The notes under the pieces were generated by a model. That model worked only from the letters and a program-made list of their open reading frames with translations, was not told where the DNA came from and searched no databases. Below, piece after piece: positions 49,560-58,695 of a stretch of DNA of 64,000 nt. Source of the DNA: Thalassobaculaceae bacterium (lineage in GTDB: Bacteria; Pseudomonadota; Alphaproteobacteria; Thalassobaculales; Thalassobaculaceae); assembly GCA_965228875.1 (NCBI GenBank), contig OZ245843.1:1222616-1286615 (forward strand). The letters are read 5' to 3'. The first letter of the stretch is position 1. Each line of letters starts with the position of its first letter. The translations under genes and the position numbers were made by a program.

Positions 49560-49722
49560 GCGGTCCAGCGTTTCGGGGTGCATCGATACAAGCGCTTGCG
49601 TTCCTTCGCAAGGATCGCGCTGGCGCCAACGGTCGAAGGATCGGTTGCTTGGACTTGATACCACCGCCGCGCCGTGGCAAACGCCTCCCTGGGGCGAGCG
49701 CGGGGGACAACCGGCCAGGGAG

Positions 49723-50763
49723 ATGGCGGTGACGAAGACTTTGAAGCGTGCGCCCCAGGTGGCGTCCCCGTTGGCGTCACGCGTGGCGGCCCGGGTGGCC
49801 GGTGCCGTCGTCGCGGTGGCGGCCGGGGTGTTCGCTGCCGCGCCGGCGGGCGCGGACCAGCCTTTCGCCGCCTGGCTTGACGAGGTCCGGCGGGAGGCCA
49901 GCGGCCGGGGTGTCTCTGAGCGCGTGCTGGACGAGGCACTCGCGGGGGTCAAGCCGATCCCGCGGATCATCGAACTCGACCGCAACCAGCCCGAATTCAA
50001 GCTCAAGGTCGACGAGTACCTGGCCCGCGTGGTCACCGCCGGGCGGATCAAGTACGGACGCACCCTCATGCGGCGCCACGCGGCGATCCTCGACGAAGTG
50101 TCGAAGCAGTATGGCGTGCAGACGCGCTTCATCGTCGCGCTCTGGGGTATCGAGACCGATTTCGGCCGCATCACCGGCGGATTTCCGGTGATCGACGCGC
50201 TGGCGACGTTGGCCCATGACGGCCGACGCAGCGCCTTCTTCCGCAAGGAACTGATGCTCGCGCTGGAGATCCTCGAGCAGGGCCACATCGCCCCGAAGGA
50301 CATGCAGGGCTCCTGGGCCGGGGCCATGGGCCAGAGTCAGTTCATGCCGTCCAGCTTCCACCGCTTCGCCGTCGATCACGACGGCGACGGCGACAAGGAC
50401 ATCTGGGGCAGCCTGCCGGACGTGTTCGGCTCCATCGCCACCTATCTCTCGGGCTCGGGCTGGCGCGACGATCTCACCTGGGGTCGGGAGGTCTCGATTC
50501 CCGCCGGTTTCGACCGGACGCAGATCGCCGACGAGACCCGCCGGAGCCTTCCGGAATGGCAGGAGCTGGGCGTGCGCCGGGCGGGCGGCGGCGACCTGCC
50601 CACCCGGGCGGTGCCGGGCCGGATCGTCGAAGTGACGCAGCGCGATGGGTCGTCGCGCCACTTCATGGCCTACGAGAACTTCGAGACCATCCTGAAGTGG
50701 AACCGGTCGACCTATTTCGCCATCGCGGTCGGCACGCTTGCCGATGCCCTGGGCGCACGGTAG
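49723..50763 (+). CDS. mltB: Lytic murein transglycosylase (MltB family)
   Basis: QPEF, ALWGIETDFG, GSWAGAMGQSQFMPSSF, D.DGDG..DIW, WNRS.YFA. Confidence 0.9.
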   Translation: MAVTKTLKRAPQVASPLASRVAARVAGAVVAVAAGVFAAAPAGADQPFAAWLDEVRREASGRGVSERVLDEALAGVKPIPRIIELDRNQPEFKLKVDEYLARVVTAGRIKYGRTLMRRHAAILDEVSKQYGVQTRFIVALWGIETDFGRITGGFPVIDALATLAHDGRRSAFFRKELMLALEILEQGHIAPKDMQGSWAGAMGQSQFMPSSFHRFAVDHDGDGDKDIWGSLPDVFGSIATYLSGSGWRDDLTWGREVSIPAGFDRTQIADETRRSLPEWQELGVRRAGGGDLPTRAVPGRIVEVTQRDGSSRHFMAYENFETILKWNRSTYFAIAVGTLADALGAR

Positions 50764-50805
50764 GCTCCGGATCTAGCGGTGGAATTAACCGGGAACCACC
50801 ACATC

Positions 50806-51807
50806 ATGCGGATTGCGGAGCACTTTTCCAGGGCCGGCAGATGGCTTGCGGCGCCGGCACTCGGCTTGGCCCTGGTCCTGTCGGGATGCGCCGAGACCGA
50901 GCTCCTGGTGCACACGGCGAAGACAGCGAAGAGCCACAGCGCGACACCGTCCAAGGGGCGCTACAAGGTCGGCAGCGCCTATCAGATCAAGGGCGTCTGG
51001 TACTACCCGAAGGAAGAGTGGGACTACACGGAGACCGGCATCGCGTCCTGGTACGGGCCGGGTTTCCATGGCAAGAGTACGGCGAACGGCGAGGTCTTCG
51101 ACGAGAACGCGCTGACCGCTGCACACCGGACTCTGCCGATGCCGAGCATCGTGCGGGTGACCAACCTGGACAACGGCCGGTCGCTCGTGGTGCGGATCAA
51201 CGACCGCGGACCGTTCGCCCACGGCCGGATCATCGACATGTCGCGGCGTGGCGCGCAGCTTCTCGGTTTCCTGCGCAAGGGGACGGCCAAGGTCCGGGTC
51301 GAGATCCTGCAGGCGGAGAGCCAACAGGAGAAGGCCGCGGCCCTGGGCGAGGATTACCTGCCGGCGCCGGATCCGAGCCTGCCAAGGGCGCCGGCACCGA
51401 GTGCCGCCCCGTCGGGCAGCGTCCAGGTCGCGACGCTGACCGCTCCGGCCGGCGCGAAGACGGCCAAGCCGGCCCCCGTCGTCGCACAGCCGCCGGCCCC
51501 GGCGAACAGCACCAACGGCGCACCCGTGTCGACGTCTCCGGTACGGCCGCTGGTCGGACGTACGGAGCCGGAGGCGACCGAGATCTATATTCAGGCCGGC
51601 TCGTTCGAGAACCCGGACAACGCCCATCGGCTGACCGGCCGTCTCGGTGCCTTCTTCCAGGGCGCCCATGTCCAGCCCGCCGAGGTTTCAGGCAAGACCT
51701 TCTACCGCGTACGTATCGGACCGATCAACGGGGTGGACGATGCCGACCGGCTGCTGGAGCGGGTCATCGTCGCCGGTTATCCGGGCTCGCGCATCGTCGT
51801 CGACTGA
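50806..51807 (+). CDS. rlpA: Septal ring lytic transglycosylase RlpA
   Basis: Lipobox LSGC, GIASWYG, TAAHRTLP, RINDRGPF; C-terminal SPOR domain. Confidence 0.92.
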   Translation: MRIAEHFSRAGRWLAAPALGLALVLSGCAETELLVHTAKTAKSHSATPSKGRYKVGSAYQIKGVWYYPKEEWDYTETGIASWYGPGFHGKSTANGEVFDENALTAAHRTLPMPSIVRVTNLDNGRSLVVRINDRGPFAHGRIIDMSRRGAQLLGFLRKGTAKVRVEILQAESQQEKAAALGEDYLPAPDPSLPRAPAPSAAPSGSVQVATLTAPAGAKTAKPAPVVAQPPAPANSTNGAPVSTSPVRPLVGRTEPEATEIYIQAGSFENPDNAHRLTGRLGAFFQGAHVQPAEVSGKTFYRVRIGPINGVDDADRLLERVIVAGYPGSRIVVD

Positions 51808-51899
51808 CCGGTGGTGGACGCCGCACTTACGTCCCATTCTCCACGCAGGATTCCATCCTGCAGCCATCTGGATCCCAACGCCAACGGAGCGGATCGTCG

Positions 51900-53057
51900 A
51901 TGATGAGACACGCAATCCTGCCCCGCCTCGCCGCCATCGCGCTACTCCTGGCCGCAACGGTCGGCACGCCGGCGGAGGCGGCCAAGATCGACACCAACGC
52001 CCGTGAAGCGATCCTGATCGACTACGACACGGGTCAGGTCCTGTTCGAAAAGAACTCCGACGAGCGTATGCCGCCGGCGTCCATGAGCAAGATCATGACG
52101 GTGTTCCTGGCTTTCGAGCGTCTCAAGGACGGCCGCCTGCAGATGGACGACGAGATTCCGATCTCGGAGAAAGCCTGGCGCAAGGGCGGGTCAAAGATGT
52201 TCGTCGAGGTCGGCTCGCGCGTCCCCGTGCATGAGATCCTGCGTGGAATCATCGTGCAGTCCGGCAACGATGCAGCGATCGCGCTGGCCGAGGCGATCGC
52301 CGGGACCGAGGAGGCGTTCGCCGAACTGATGACCGAGAAGGCGGCGGAGATCGGCATGAAGGACGCCACATTCCGCAACGCCACGGGTTGGCCCGACCCG
52401 GAACATCGCATCACCGCGCGCGGCCTTTCGGTCCTGGCACGCGAGACGATCCGCCGGTTTCCGGACTACTATCCGATCTATTCCGAGACGACCTTCACCT
52501 ACAACGACATCAAGCAGGGCAACCGCAACCCGCTGCTCTACAAGGGAATGGGCGCCGACGGGCTCAAGACCGGCCACACAGAGAACGCCGGTTACGGCCT
52601 GACGGCCAGCGCCAGACGCGGCGACCGGCGGCTCATCCTGGTTGTCAACGGACTGGAAAGCGTGCGGCAGCGGTCCAGCGAGAGCGAACGACTGCTGGAG
52701 TGGGGGTTCCGCGAGTTCGACAACTACCGCCTGCTGGAGCGCGGCGAGGTGGCGGAGAGCGCGGCCGTTTGGCTCGGCGACAAGCCGAGCGTTCCGCTGG
52801 TGATCGACGAGGACCTGATCCTGACCATGCCACGCGCGGCCCGCAAGGAGATGCGGGTGGCGGTGGAGTACGAGGGACCGATCCCGGCCCCGATCGTGAA
52901 GGGGCAGGTGCTGGCCCGCCTGCGGGTCTCGGCGCCGGGCATGCAGGACAACGTCGTCGCCCTTCGGGCCGGAGAGGACATCGCCAAGCTCGGCCCCTTC
53001 GGACGGATTACGGCCGCGGTCGGGCATCTGATCTGGGGACCGGGCGCGCGTGAGTGA
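51900..53057 (+). CDS. dacA: D-alanyl-D-alanine carboxypeptidase (PBP5/6)
   Basis: SxxK PASMSK, SGN, KTG motifs. Confidence 0.9.
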   Translation: MMRHAILPRLAAIALLLAATVGTPAEAAKIDTNAREAILIDYDTGQVLFEKNSDERMPPASMSKIMTVFLAFERLKDGRLQMDDEIPISEKAWRKGGSKMFVEVGSRVPVHEILRGIIVQSGNDAAIALAEAIAGTEEAFAELMTEKAAEIGMKDATFRNATGWPDPEHRITARGLSVLARETIRRFPDYYPIYSETTFTYNDIKQGNRNPLLYKGMGADGLKTGHTENAGYGLTASARRGDRRLILVVNGLESVRQRSSESERLLEWGFREFDNYRLLERGEVAESAAVWLGDKPSVPLVIDEDLILTMPRAARKEMRVAVEYEGPIPAPIVKGQVLARLRVSAPGMQDNVVALRAGEDIAKLGPFGRITAAVGHLIWGPGARE

Positions 53058-53697
53058 CGGCACGCCCCGGCGCGGACGCTTCATCACCCTGGAAGGCGGC
53101 GACGGAGCCGGCAAGTCGACCCAGGCGGCGGCCCTGTGCGACTGGTTGAGCGACCGCGGCATCCGGGCCGTGCGTACGCGCGAACCCGGCGGCGCGCCCG
53201 GGGCGGAAGAGATTCGCGCGCTGCTGCTGACCGGCGATCCCGGCAAGTGGGACGCGGTCACCGAGGCACTGCTGATGAACGCGGCGCGCCGCGACCACAT
53301 CGTGCGGGCCATCCGTCCCGCCCTTGCCCGCGGCGACTGGGTGATCTGCGACCGGTTCTACCACTCGACCCTGGTCTACCAGGGCCATGCCGGCGGCGTC
53401 CCCATGGACACGCTGCGGGCGCTGATCGACGCAGCGGTCGAGGACACGCGCCCGGATCTCACCCTGATCCTCGACATCGACCCCGCCGCCGGCCTCGCCC
53501 GGACCGAGACGCGGGCGGGAACGGAGACCCGGTTCGAGAACAAGGGCGACGCCTTTCACGCACGGGTCGTCGCCGGGTTCCGGGCGTTGGCGGCGGAGGA
53601 TCCGAACCGCTGTGTCCTGATCGACGCCGGTCGGGACAGGGAGGCGGTCGGCGAGTCGATCGCCGCGATCGTGTCCGCCCGCCTCGGCATCGGGTAG
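53050..53697 (+). CDS. tmk: Thymidylate kinase
   Basis: FITLEGGDGAGKST, TREPGG, CDRF..ST.VYQG. Confidence 0.95.
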   Translation: MSDGTPRRGRFITLEGGDGAGKSTQAAALCDWLSDRGIRAVRTREPGGAPGAEEIRALLLTGDPGKWDAVTEALLMNAARRDHIVRAIRPALARGDWVICDRFYHSTLVYQGHAGGVPMDTLRALIDAAVEDTRPDLTLILDIDPAAGLARTETRAGTETRFENKGDAFHARVVAGFRALAAEDPNRCVLIDAGRDREAVGESIAAIVSARLGIG

Positions 53698-53706
53698 CCT
53701 CACCCG

Positions 53707-54855
53707 ATGAGCGACGACGCTTCACACGGCGACGAGGAAACGCAAGGCCTGCCGAACCCGGCGGCGGCGACGGAACTCTTCGGCCACGGCGAGGCCGAAC
53801 AGCGGCTGCTCGACGCCTGGAATTCCGGACGGATGCCGCATGCCTGGCTGCTCGCCGGGCCGCCCGGCATCGGTAAGGCGACCTTGGCCTACAGGCTCGC
53901 CCGGTTCGTACTGTCCGACGGCGCGCAGGGGGAGGGGGCAGGAGGTCTTTTCGGCGAGTCTCTGCCACCGACCAGCCTGGCGATCGACCCCAATCATCCC
54001 GTCGCCCGGCTGGTGGCCGCGGAATCCCATCCCGATCTCAAGATCCTGCGCCGCAAACCCAACGACCGTGGCGTGTTGAGCGCGGTCATCCGGGTCAACG
54101 ACGTCCGCGCCTTCGAGTCCTCCCTGCACCTGAAGACCAGCGGCGGAGGGTGGCGCGTGGCGATCGTCGACGAGGCCGAGCGGATGAACGCAAACGCCGA
54201 AAACGCGCTTCTGAAGATACTTGAGGAACCACCTGCCAAAACACTGATAATAATAGTTTCCAATGCACTCAATGCGATGCTGCCCACGACCCGGTCGCGG
54301 TGCCGCCGACTGATGCTGGCGGCATTGCCGGACGCCGAGGTTGCCGGTCTGGTGAGGCGGGCGCACCCGGGCCTGCCCCCGGCGGACCTGGATCTGATCC
54401 TGCGCCTCGCCGAAGGCAGTCCCGGTCGGGCGATCGAATTCGTCGAGGCTGGCGGGGCGGGCCTGTACCGTGGCGTTGCCGACGTGCTCGGCTCCCTGCC
54501 GGACGTCGACGGCGAAGACGTGCATGCCCTGGCGGCCGCGTGGGGCGGGCGCAAGCCGAAGGAGGGCGAGCGGGACCCGTTCCGAACCGGGACCGACCTG
54601 CTGCTGCGCTGGATCGATCGGGCGATCCGTGCGGCCAACGATGCGCCCGGCGTGAGCGAGATCGTTCCCGGAGACCTGGACGCCGGTCGAGCCTTCGTCG
54701 CCCGCATCGGCGTCGAGGCCGCCTTTCGCCGCCGCGAGGCGGTGCGGCGGCTGATCCACCTCGAAGGCGCGTTGAACCTGGACCGCAAACAGGTCCTGAT
54801 CGACGCGGTTCACACCCTGGCCTTCGGCGAGGGGCTGGAACGGCGCCGCGCCTGA
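53707..54855 (+). CDS. holB: DNA polymerase III subunit delta'
   Basis: HAWLLAGPPGIGKAT, HPD, NALLKILEEPP, TTRSRC. Confidence 0.92.
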   Translation: MSDDASHGDEETQGLPNPAAATELFGHGEAEQRLLDAWNSGRMPHAWLLAGPPGIGKATLAYRLARFVLSDGAQGEGAGGLFGESLPPTSLAIDPNHPVARLVAAESHPDLKILRRKPNDRGVLSAVIRVNDVRAFESSLHLKTSGGGWRVAIVDEAERMNANAENALLKILEEPPAKTLIIIVSNALNAMLPTTRSRCRRLMLAALPDAEVAGLVRRAHPGLPPADLDLILRLAEGSPGRAIEFVEAGGAGLYRGVADVLGSLPDVDGEDVHALAAAWGGRKPKEGERDPFRTGTDLLLRWIDRAIRAANDAPGVSEIVPGDLDAGRAFVARIGVEAAFRRREAVRRLIHLEGALNLDRKQVLIDAVHTLAFGEGLERRRA

Positions 54856-54870
54856 GTGCCCCGCCATGGT

Positions 54871-54934
54871 CGATCGCCCGGCCGTGCTTGATCGCCCCGG
54901 CACTTGATCGCCCCGGCGCTTGATCGTCCCGACA
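54871..54934 (+). repeat. 16-bp tandem repeat (three copies plus one degenerate)
   Basis: CTTGATCGCCCCGGCA, CTTGATCGCCCCGGCG, CTTGATCGTCCCGACA at 54887, 54903, 54919. Confidence 0.85.
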
Positions 54935-54991
54935 CGACGCGTTACCCAGACAATCTCCTCACACCGTCTTCGCCAACGATCCAGACGAGCC

Positions 54992-55813
54992 ATGACCGCG
55001 ACACCGCCCATTTTGGTCGATAGCCACTGCCATTTGGACTTCGACGATTTCGCTCCCGAACTGGACGAGATCGTCGCCCGTGCGGAGCGGGCCGGCGTGG
55101 CGCGCATGGTCACGATCTGTACACGTATCCGCCGGTTCGACCGCATTCGCGCGGTGGCCGAGCGGTTCCCGTCCGTCTACTGCTCGGTCGGCACCCATCC
55201 GCACCAGGCCGGTGAGGAGCGCGGCATCCCGACCGCGGAGATCGTCGCCCTCGCGAGAAGCTTCGACAAGGTCGTGGCGATCGGCGAGTGCGGGCTGGAC
55301 TACTACTACGACAACAGCCCGCGCGACGCGCAGGAGGAGGGCTTCCGCGCCCATATCGCCGCCGCGCGCGAGACCGGACTGCCGCTGATCGTCCATACCC
55401 GCGACGCCGACGCCGATACCGCGGCGATCCTGGAGGAGGAGTATGCCCGGGGGCCGTTCACCGGCGTCCTGCACTGTTTCTCCGGCGGGCGGGAACTTGC
55501 GCTGCGTGCTGTCGATCTGGGCTTTTACGTGTCGCTGTCGGGCATCGTGACGTTCAAGAAGAGTCAGGATCTTCGCGACACCGTGGCCGAGCTTCCGGCC
55601 GACCGGCTGCTGGTCGAGACCGACGCGCCGTTCCTGGCGCCACCGCCGTTTCGCGGCAAGCGCAACGAGCCCGCCTATGTGGTGCATACCCACCGGGTCG
55701 TCGCCGAAGTGAAGGGCCTCGACGAGGCCGAGAGTGCCCGCGTGACCACCGCCAATTTCCTGCGGCTGTTCGACCGGGTCCCTGCGCCGGACGGACAGAA
55801 GGACGCCGCGTGA
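54992..55813 (+). CDS. tatD: TatD family DNase
   Basis: DSHCHLD, GTHPH, IGECGLDY, VHTRDA, LHCFS, LVETDAPFL. Confidence 0.92.
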   Translation: MTATPPILVDSHCHLDFDDFAPELDEIVARAERAGVARMVTICTRIRRFDRIRAVAERFPSVYCSVGTHPHQAGEERGIPTAEIVALARSFDKVVAIGECGLDYYYDNSPRDAQEEGFRAHIAAARETGLPLIVHTRDADADTAAILEEEYARGPFTGVLHCFSGGRELALRAVDLGFYVSLSGIVTFKKSQDLRDTVAELPADRLLVETDAPFLAPPPFRGKRNEPAYVVHTHRVVAEVKGLDEAESARVTTANFLRLFDRVPAPDGQKDAA

Positions 55814-56589
55814 GGGTCACCGTCCTGGGCTGCGGCGCCTCGGTCGGCGTGCCGAGCCTGAGCGGCGGCTGGGGCCAATGCGACCCGACCGAGCCGCGCA
55901 ATCGACGCCGACGCTGCTCGATCCTGGTCGAAAAGGCGGGAAGGCGCATTCTGATCGACGCCTCGCCGGACCTGCGCGAGCAACTGCTCGACGCCGAGGT
56001 GGACAGCATCGATGCCCTGCTGTTCACCCACATCCATGCCGATCACACCCACGGGATCGACGACCTTCGCCCGCTGTACTGGACCACGCGGCGACGGATC
56101 CCGACCTACGCCGACGCGGCGACCTGGGAAGACCTGATGGCGCGGTTCGGCTACATGGTCGAGGCGTCGCCCACCTCGCCGCCGCATTTCACCCCGCCGC
56201 TGGAGCGGTTCGACATCGATGCCGGCACCTACGGGATCGCCGGCGCGAGCGTCGAAGTGATGCGCCAGGACCACGGCAGTTCCGGCGATAGCCTCGGCTT
56301 CGTCTTCGACGGCCGGTTCGCGTATTCCACCGATGTCGCCGTGCTGACCGAACCGCAGCTCGACCAGCTGGCCGCCCTCGACCTCGAGCTCTGGATCGTT
56401 GACTGCCTGCGCGAGGAGGAGAGCGGCGCCCACGCCTCGCTCTCCGAAGCGCTGGCCTGGGTCGAGCGGGTGAGGCCGAAGCGGGCCTATCTCACCCACA
56501 TGAACGGGCGCCTCGACTATGCCAGGACACTGGCCAAATGCCCACCGGGCGTGGAGCCCGGCTACGACGGACTGGTCGTGGACCTCTAG
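55810..56589 (+). CDS. MBL-fold metallo-hydrolase (PhnP-like)
   Basis: GTG start overlapping the tatD stop; LGCG.S.GVP, THIHADHTHGIDD, YSTD, LTHM. Confidence 0.9.
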   Translation: MRVTVLGCGASVGVPSLSGGWGQCDPTEPRNRRRRCSILVEKAGRRILIDASPDLREQLLDAEVDSIDALLFTHIHADHTHGIDDLRPLYWTTRRRIPTYADAATWEDLMARFGYMVEASPTSPPHFTPPLERFDIDAGTYGIAGASVEVMRQDHGSSGDSLGFVFDGRFAYSTDVAVLTEPQLDQLAALDLELWIVDCLREEESGAHASLSEALAWVERVRPKRAYLTHMNGRLDYARTLAKCPPGVEPGYDGLVVDL

Positions 56590-56622
56590 CCTCGAGGTCG
56601 GGCGCGATACCCGGGGCAGCCT

Positions 56623-57249
56623 CTAACGCCACACGTCCCCGGGCACAGGGTCGCCCTCCAACATCGCCGGACCCGCAGGTCGGTGGCTGGCCCTGCGCCG
56701 CAGCATCGTCCTGAAGCCATCGCGCACCTGCTCCAGATCCAGCACCAGGTCGTGGCGAGCTGACACCGCCTCGCAGCGGTCCAGCAACTCGTCGAAAGCG
56801 GCGGCGCAGCGCGCCGGCAGGCGGACATGGGGGCTGGCCAGGATCAGCCAGCGCGGTTCCTTCTCGGCGCGGAACGGGTCGGTCCGCGGCGCGACGCGCT
56901 GGGTCACGTAGAACTCCATGCACCCCTGAAAGTAACCGCGCACCTCGAACAGGATCGCCCCCTCGCCACCCGGCAGGCTCGGTATCAGCGGATCGTCGCG
57001 CGCCAAGTCCTCCATCTCTGCCTCAAGGACGGCGAGATCGATCAGCATCTCCTCGAGAAAGAGCTCGAGCACGTCGGCCTCGGTGGTGTCGGAGCCGAAG
57101 CCGTGAACGAAGGCGGCGAGGTGAGGGGGGATGACTGTGTAGTAGTCCTCGCGGACCGACGACTTGTGGCTGCGGCACCCCGCGCCCGCGTGCCAGGTCA
57201 GGATGCGGCCCGGTTTCTTCAGCGCGCGTTCGAGTGCTACCCTGGTCAT
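56623..57249 (-). CDS. Hypothetical protein
   Basis: 208-aa ORF with protein-like composition and high-GC3 codons; no recognised motif. Confidence 0.55.
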   Translation of the reverse strand: MTRVALERALKKPGRILTWHAGAGCRSHKSSVREDYYTVIPPHLAAFVHGFGSDTTEADVLELFLEEMLIDLAVLEAEMEDLARDDPLIPSLPGGEGAILFEVRGYFQGCMEFYVTQRVAPRTDPFRAEKEPRWLILASPHVRLPARCAAAFDELLDRCEAVSARHDLVLDLEQVRDGFRTMLRRRASHRPAGPAMLEGDPVPGDVWR

Positions 57250-57287
57250 CGACGAATCGTATCGCGAAAATGGAGCGGCGTCCCGCC

Positions 57288-57554
57288 ATGATCGATCCGA
57301 ACCTGCTGGGCGACCTCGCCAAGGATCACCAGAAGAACGTCATGACCCGCGAGGAGGCGCGTGCCTTCCTGAAGGACCTCATGGCGGTCTGCCGTCAGCA
57401 CCGGGTGTTTCTGCGCACGGCCGACCAGACCCTCCGGTTCTCCAAGGTGTTCGCCGACAGCGATCAGCGCACCGTGTTCAGGGCTATCGTCGACAAGGAG
57501 GGGCGCTGCGCCGGGGCCCAGATCGACTACAAGAGCCGGCCAAGCGCGGGTTGA
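57288..57554 (+). CDS. Small hypothetical protein
   Basis: 88-aa ORF MIDPNLLGDLAKDHQK... with strong host-like codon usage. Confidence 0.6.
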   Translation: MIDPNLLGDLAKDHQKNVMTREEARAFLKDLMAVCRQHRVFLRTADQTLRFSKVFADSDQRTVFRAIVDKEGRCAGAQIDYKSRPSAG

Positions 57555-57663
57555 GGCCAAATGTCGTCCGCTCCGGTCCCGACCGGACCTGCATCGCCAT
57601 ATTTTCGGTTGCATCGCCGGCCGTGAGGAGCGGACGGCCCGTCCGTCCTCAAGCAACCCCACC

Positions 57664-57852
57664 TCAGAGGAGTGCCAGGTGGATCCTGCGCGCGGCAACT
57701 GACCCGGCCGGCGGATCGTCGTTGGCGCCGGCCCGAGCCGCCGAGGGCATGAGTTCCCAGGCGTTGAAGTCCGGATGGACCCGAACCTGCGGCAGGGAAT
57801 GCGGCGGTTCCCCCGTGACCGGTGTATCCAGCCTGAAGTGATCCACGGCCAT
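57664..57852 (-). CDS. Possible small protein (62 aa)
   Basis: MAVDHFRLDTP...; purine-rich AGAGAAGG upstream; divergent from the HTH-PAS gene. Confidence 0.35.
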   Translation of the reverse strand: MAVDHFRLDTPVTGEPPHSLPQVRVHPDFNAWELMPSAARAGANDDPPAGSVAARRIHLALL

Positions 57853-57957
57853 GGCCGACCTTCTCTCTACGGATCCGGGCGTGCCCGGCAATTCGTGTAT
57901 AAATCGAAAGCGGAATTTTTTCCGCCGGTCAACAGTAAAGCGTTCAGAGGTTGAGGA

Positions 57958-58695
57958 ATGGTCGGTAAGCGGGATCGGATTTCGGGGCTGTTGGAAACCC
58001 TGAAGCACGACGTTGCGGAGTATGCGCGCCGCGCGGAGTTGCGTCCCAAGACCCTGGCCCGGTCGGCGGGCGTTCAGGACAAGCTCGTCTACGGCATGAC
58101 CGACCCGGCGGACTGGCACGTCAGCTTCCGGACCCTCTCGAAGATCGAGGCGGCGTTCGAGACTGACGGGCGGTGGCCCGGCGCCGGATCGGACCTGTGG
58201 CGGGAGAGCGGATCCTCGAACGGTTTCATCTCGAGCCACCCGTCTGCCGACTGGGACGTACCGAGGTTCGCCGACGTGATCGCGGTCTGGCGTCGGGCCC
58301 AGGCTCAAGGTCTCGGCCCCGCCGCCTTCGACGATCTTCCCGGTGTGACGCTGATCAACGCCCGGGCAAGCGACCCGCGCCGCTATCGTATCCTGCGCCA
58401 CGCACCGGCGAGCGTCGCGGCAGGCGGGAGCGACGATACCGGCGCCGAACTCGGCGGCCATCGGACCGATTTCTACGCCGACGCGCTGATGACCGAGTAC
58501 CTGTGGGTCAAGGCCACGACGACGCCCTCCCTGTCGGAGGTGGTCTGGGCGGCCCGAGGCACCGAGGCGGGTGCGTATTTCTGGCGGCTGATCCTGCCGT
58601 TCGGTGACTACCTGGTGTCGGCCATAGACATTCTGCGCTCCGGACTGACCGTCGGTGGCGACAGCGCCGACAGCGCCCGCGCGCCCTCGGCGTAG
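57958..58695 (+). CDS. Cro/XRE-like HTH plus PAS-like domain protein
   Basis: TLARSAGVQDKLVY...SFRTLSKIEAAF (HTH-like); VIAVWR, D.TG.EL, FYADAL..EY..V...TP, YFWRLILP (PAS_5-like); RBS GAGG. Confidence 0.65.
   Translation: MVGKRDRISGLLETLKHDVAEYARRAELRPKTLARSAGVQDKLVYGMTDPADWHVSFRTLSKIEAAFETDGRWPGAGSDLWRESGSSNGFISSHPSADWDVPRFADVIAVWRRAQAQGLGPAAFDDLPGVTLINARASDPRRYRILRHAPASVAAGGSDDTGAELGGHRTDFYADALMTEYLWVKATTTPSLSEVVWAARGTEAGAYFWRLILPFGDYLVSAIDILRSGLTVGGDSADSARAPSA

Noticed and set aside
49396..49722. N-terminal extension of the mltB ORF
   Set aside because: It runs antisense through tRNA-Ser; the real start is more likely 49723
50556..51899. Apparent 833-aa fusion upstream of dacA (likewise the extensions 29552-30001, 32445-32678, 55288-55809, 24960-25274)
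   Set aside because: The extensions overlap other genes in another frame and read as Arg/Gly/Pro-rich nonsense; downstream starts fit the family lengths
54871..54934. CRISPR array
   Set aside because: The 16-bp units are directly adjacent with no spacers, and there are no cas genes
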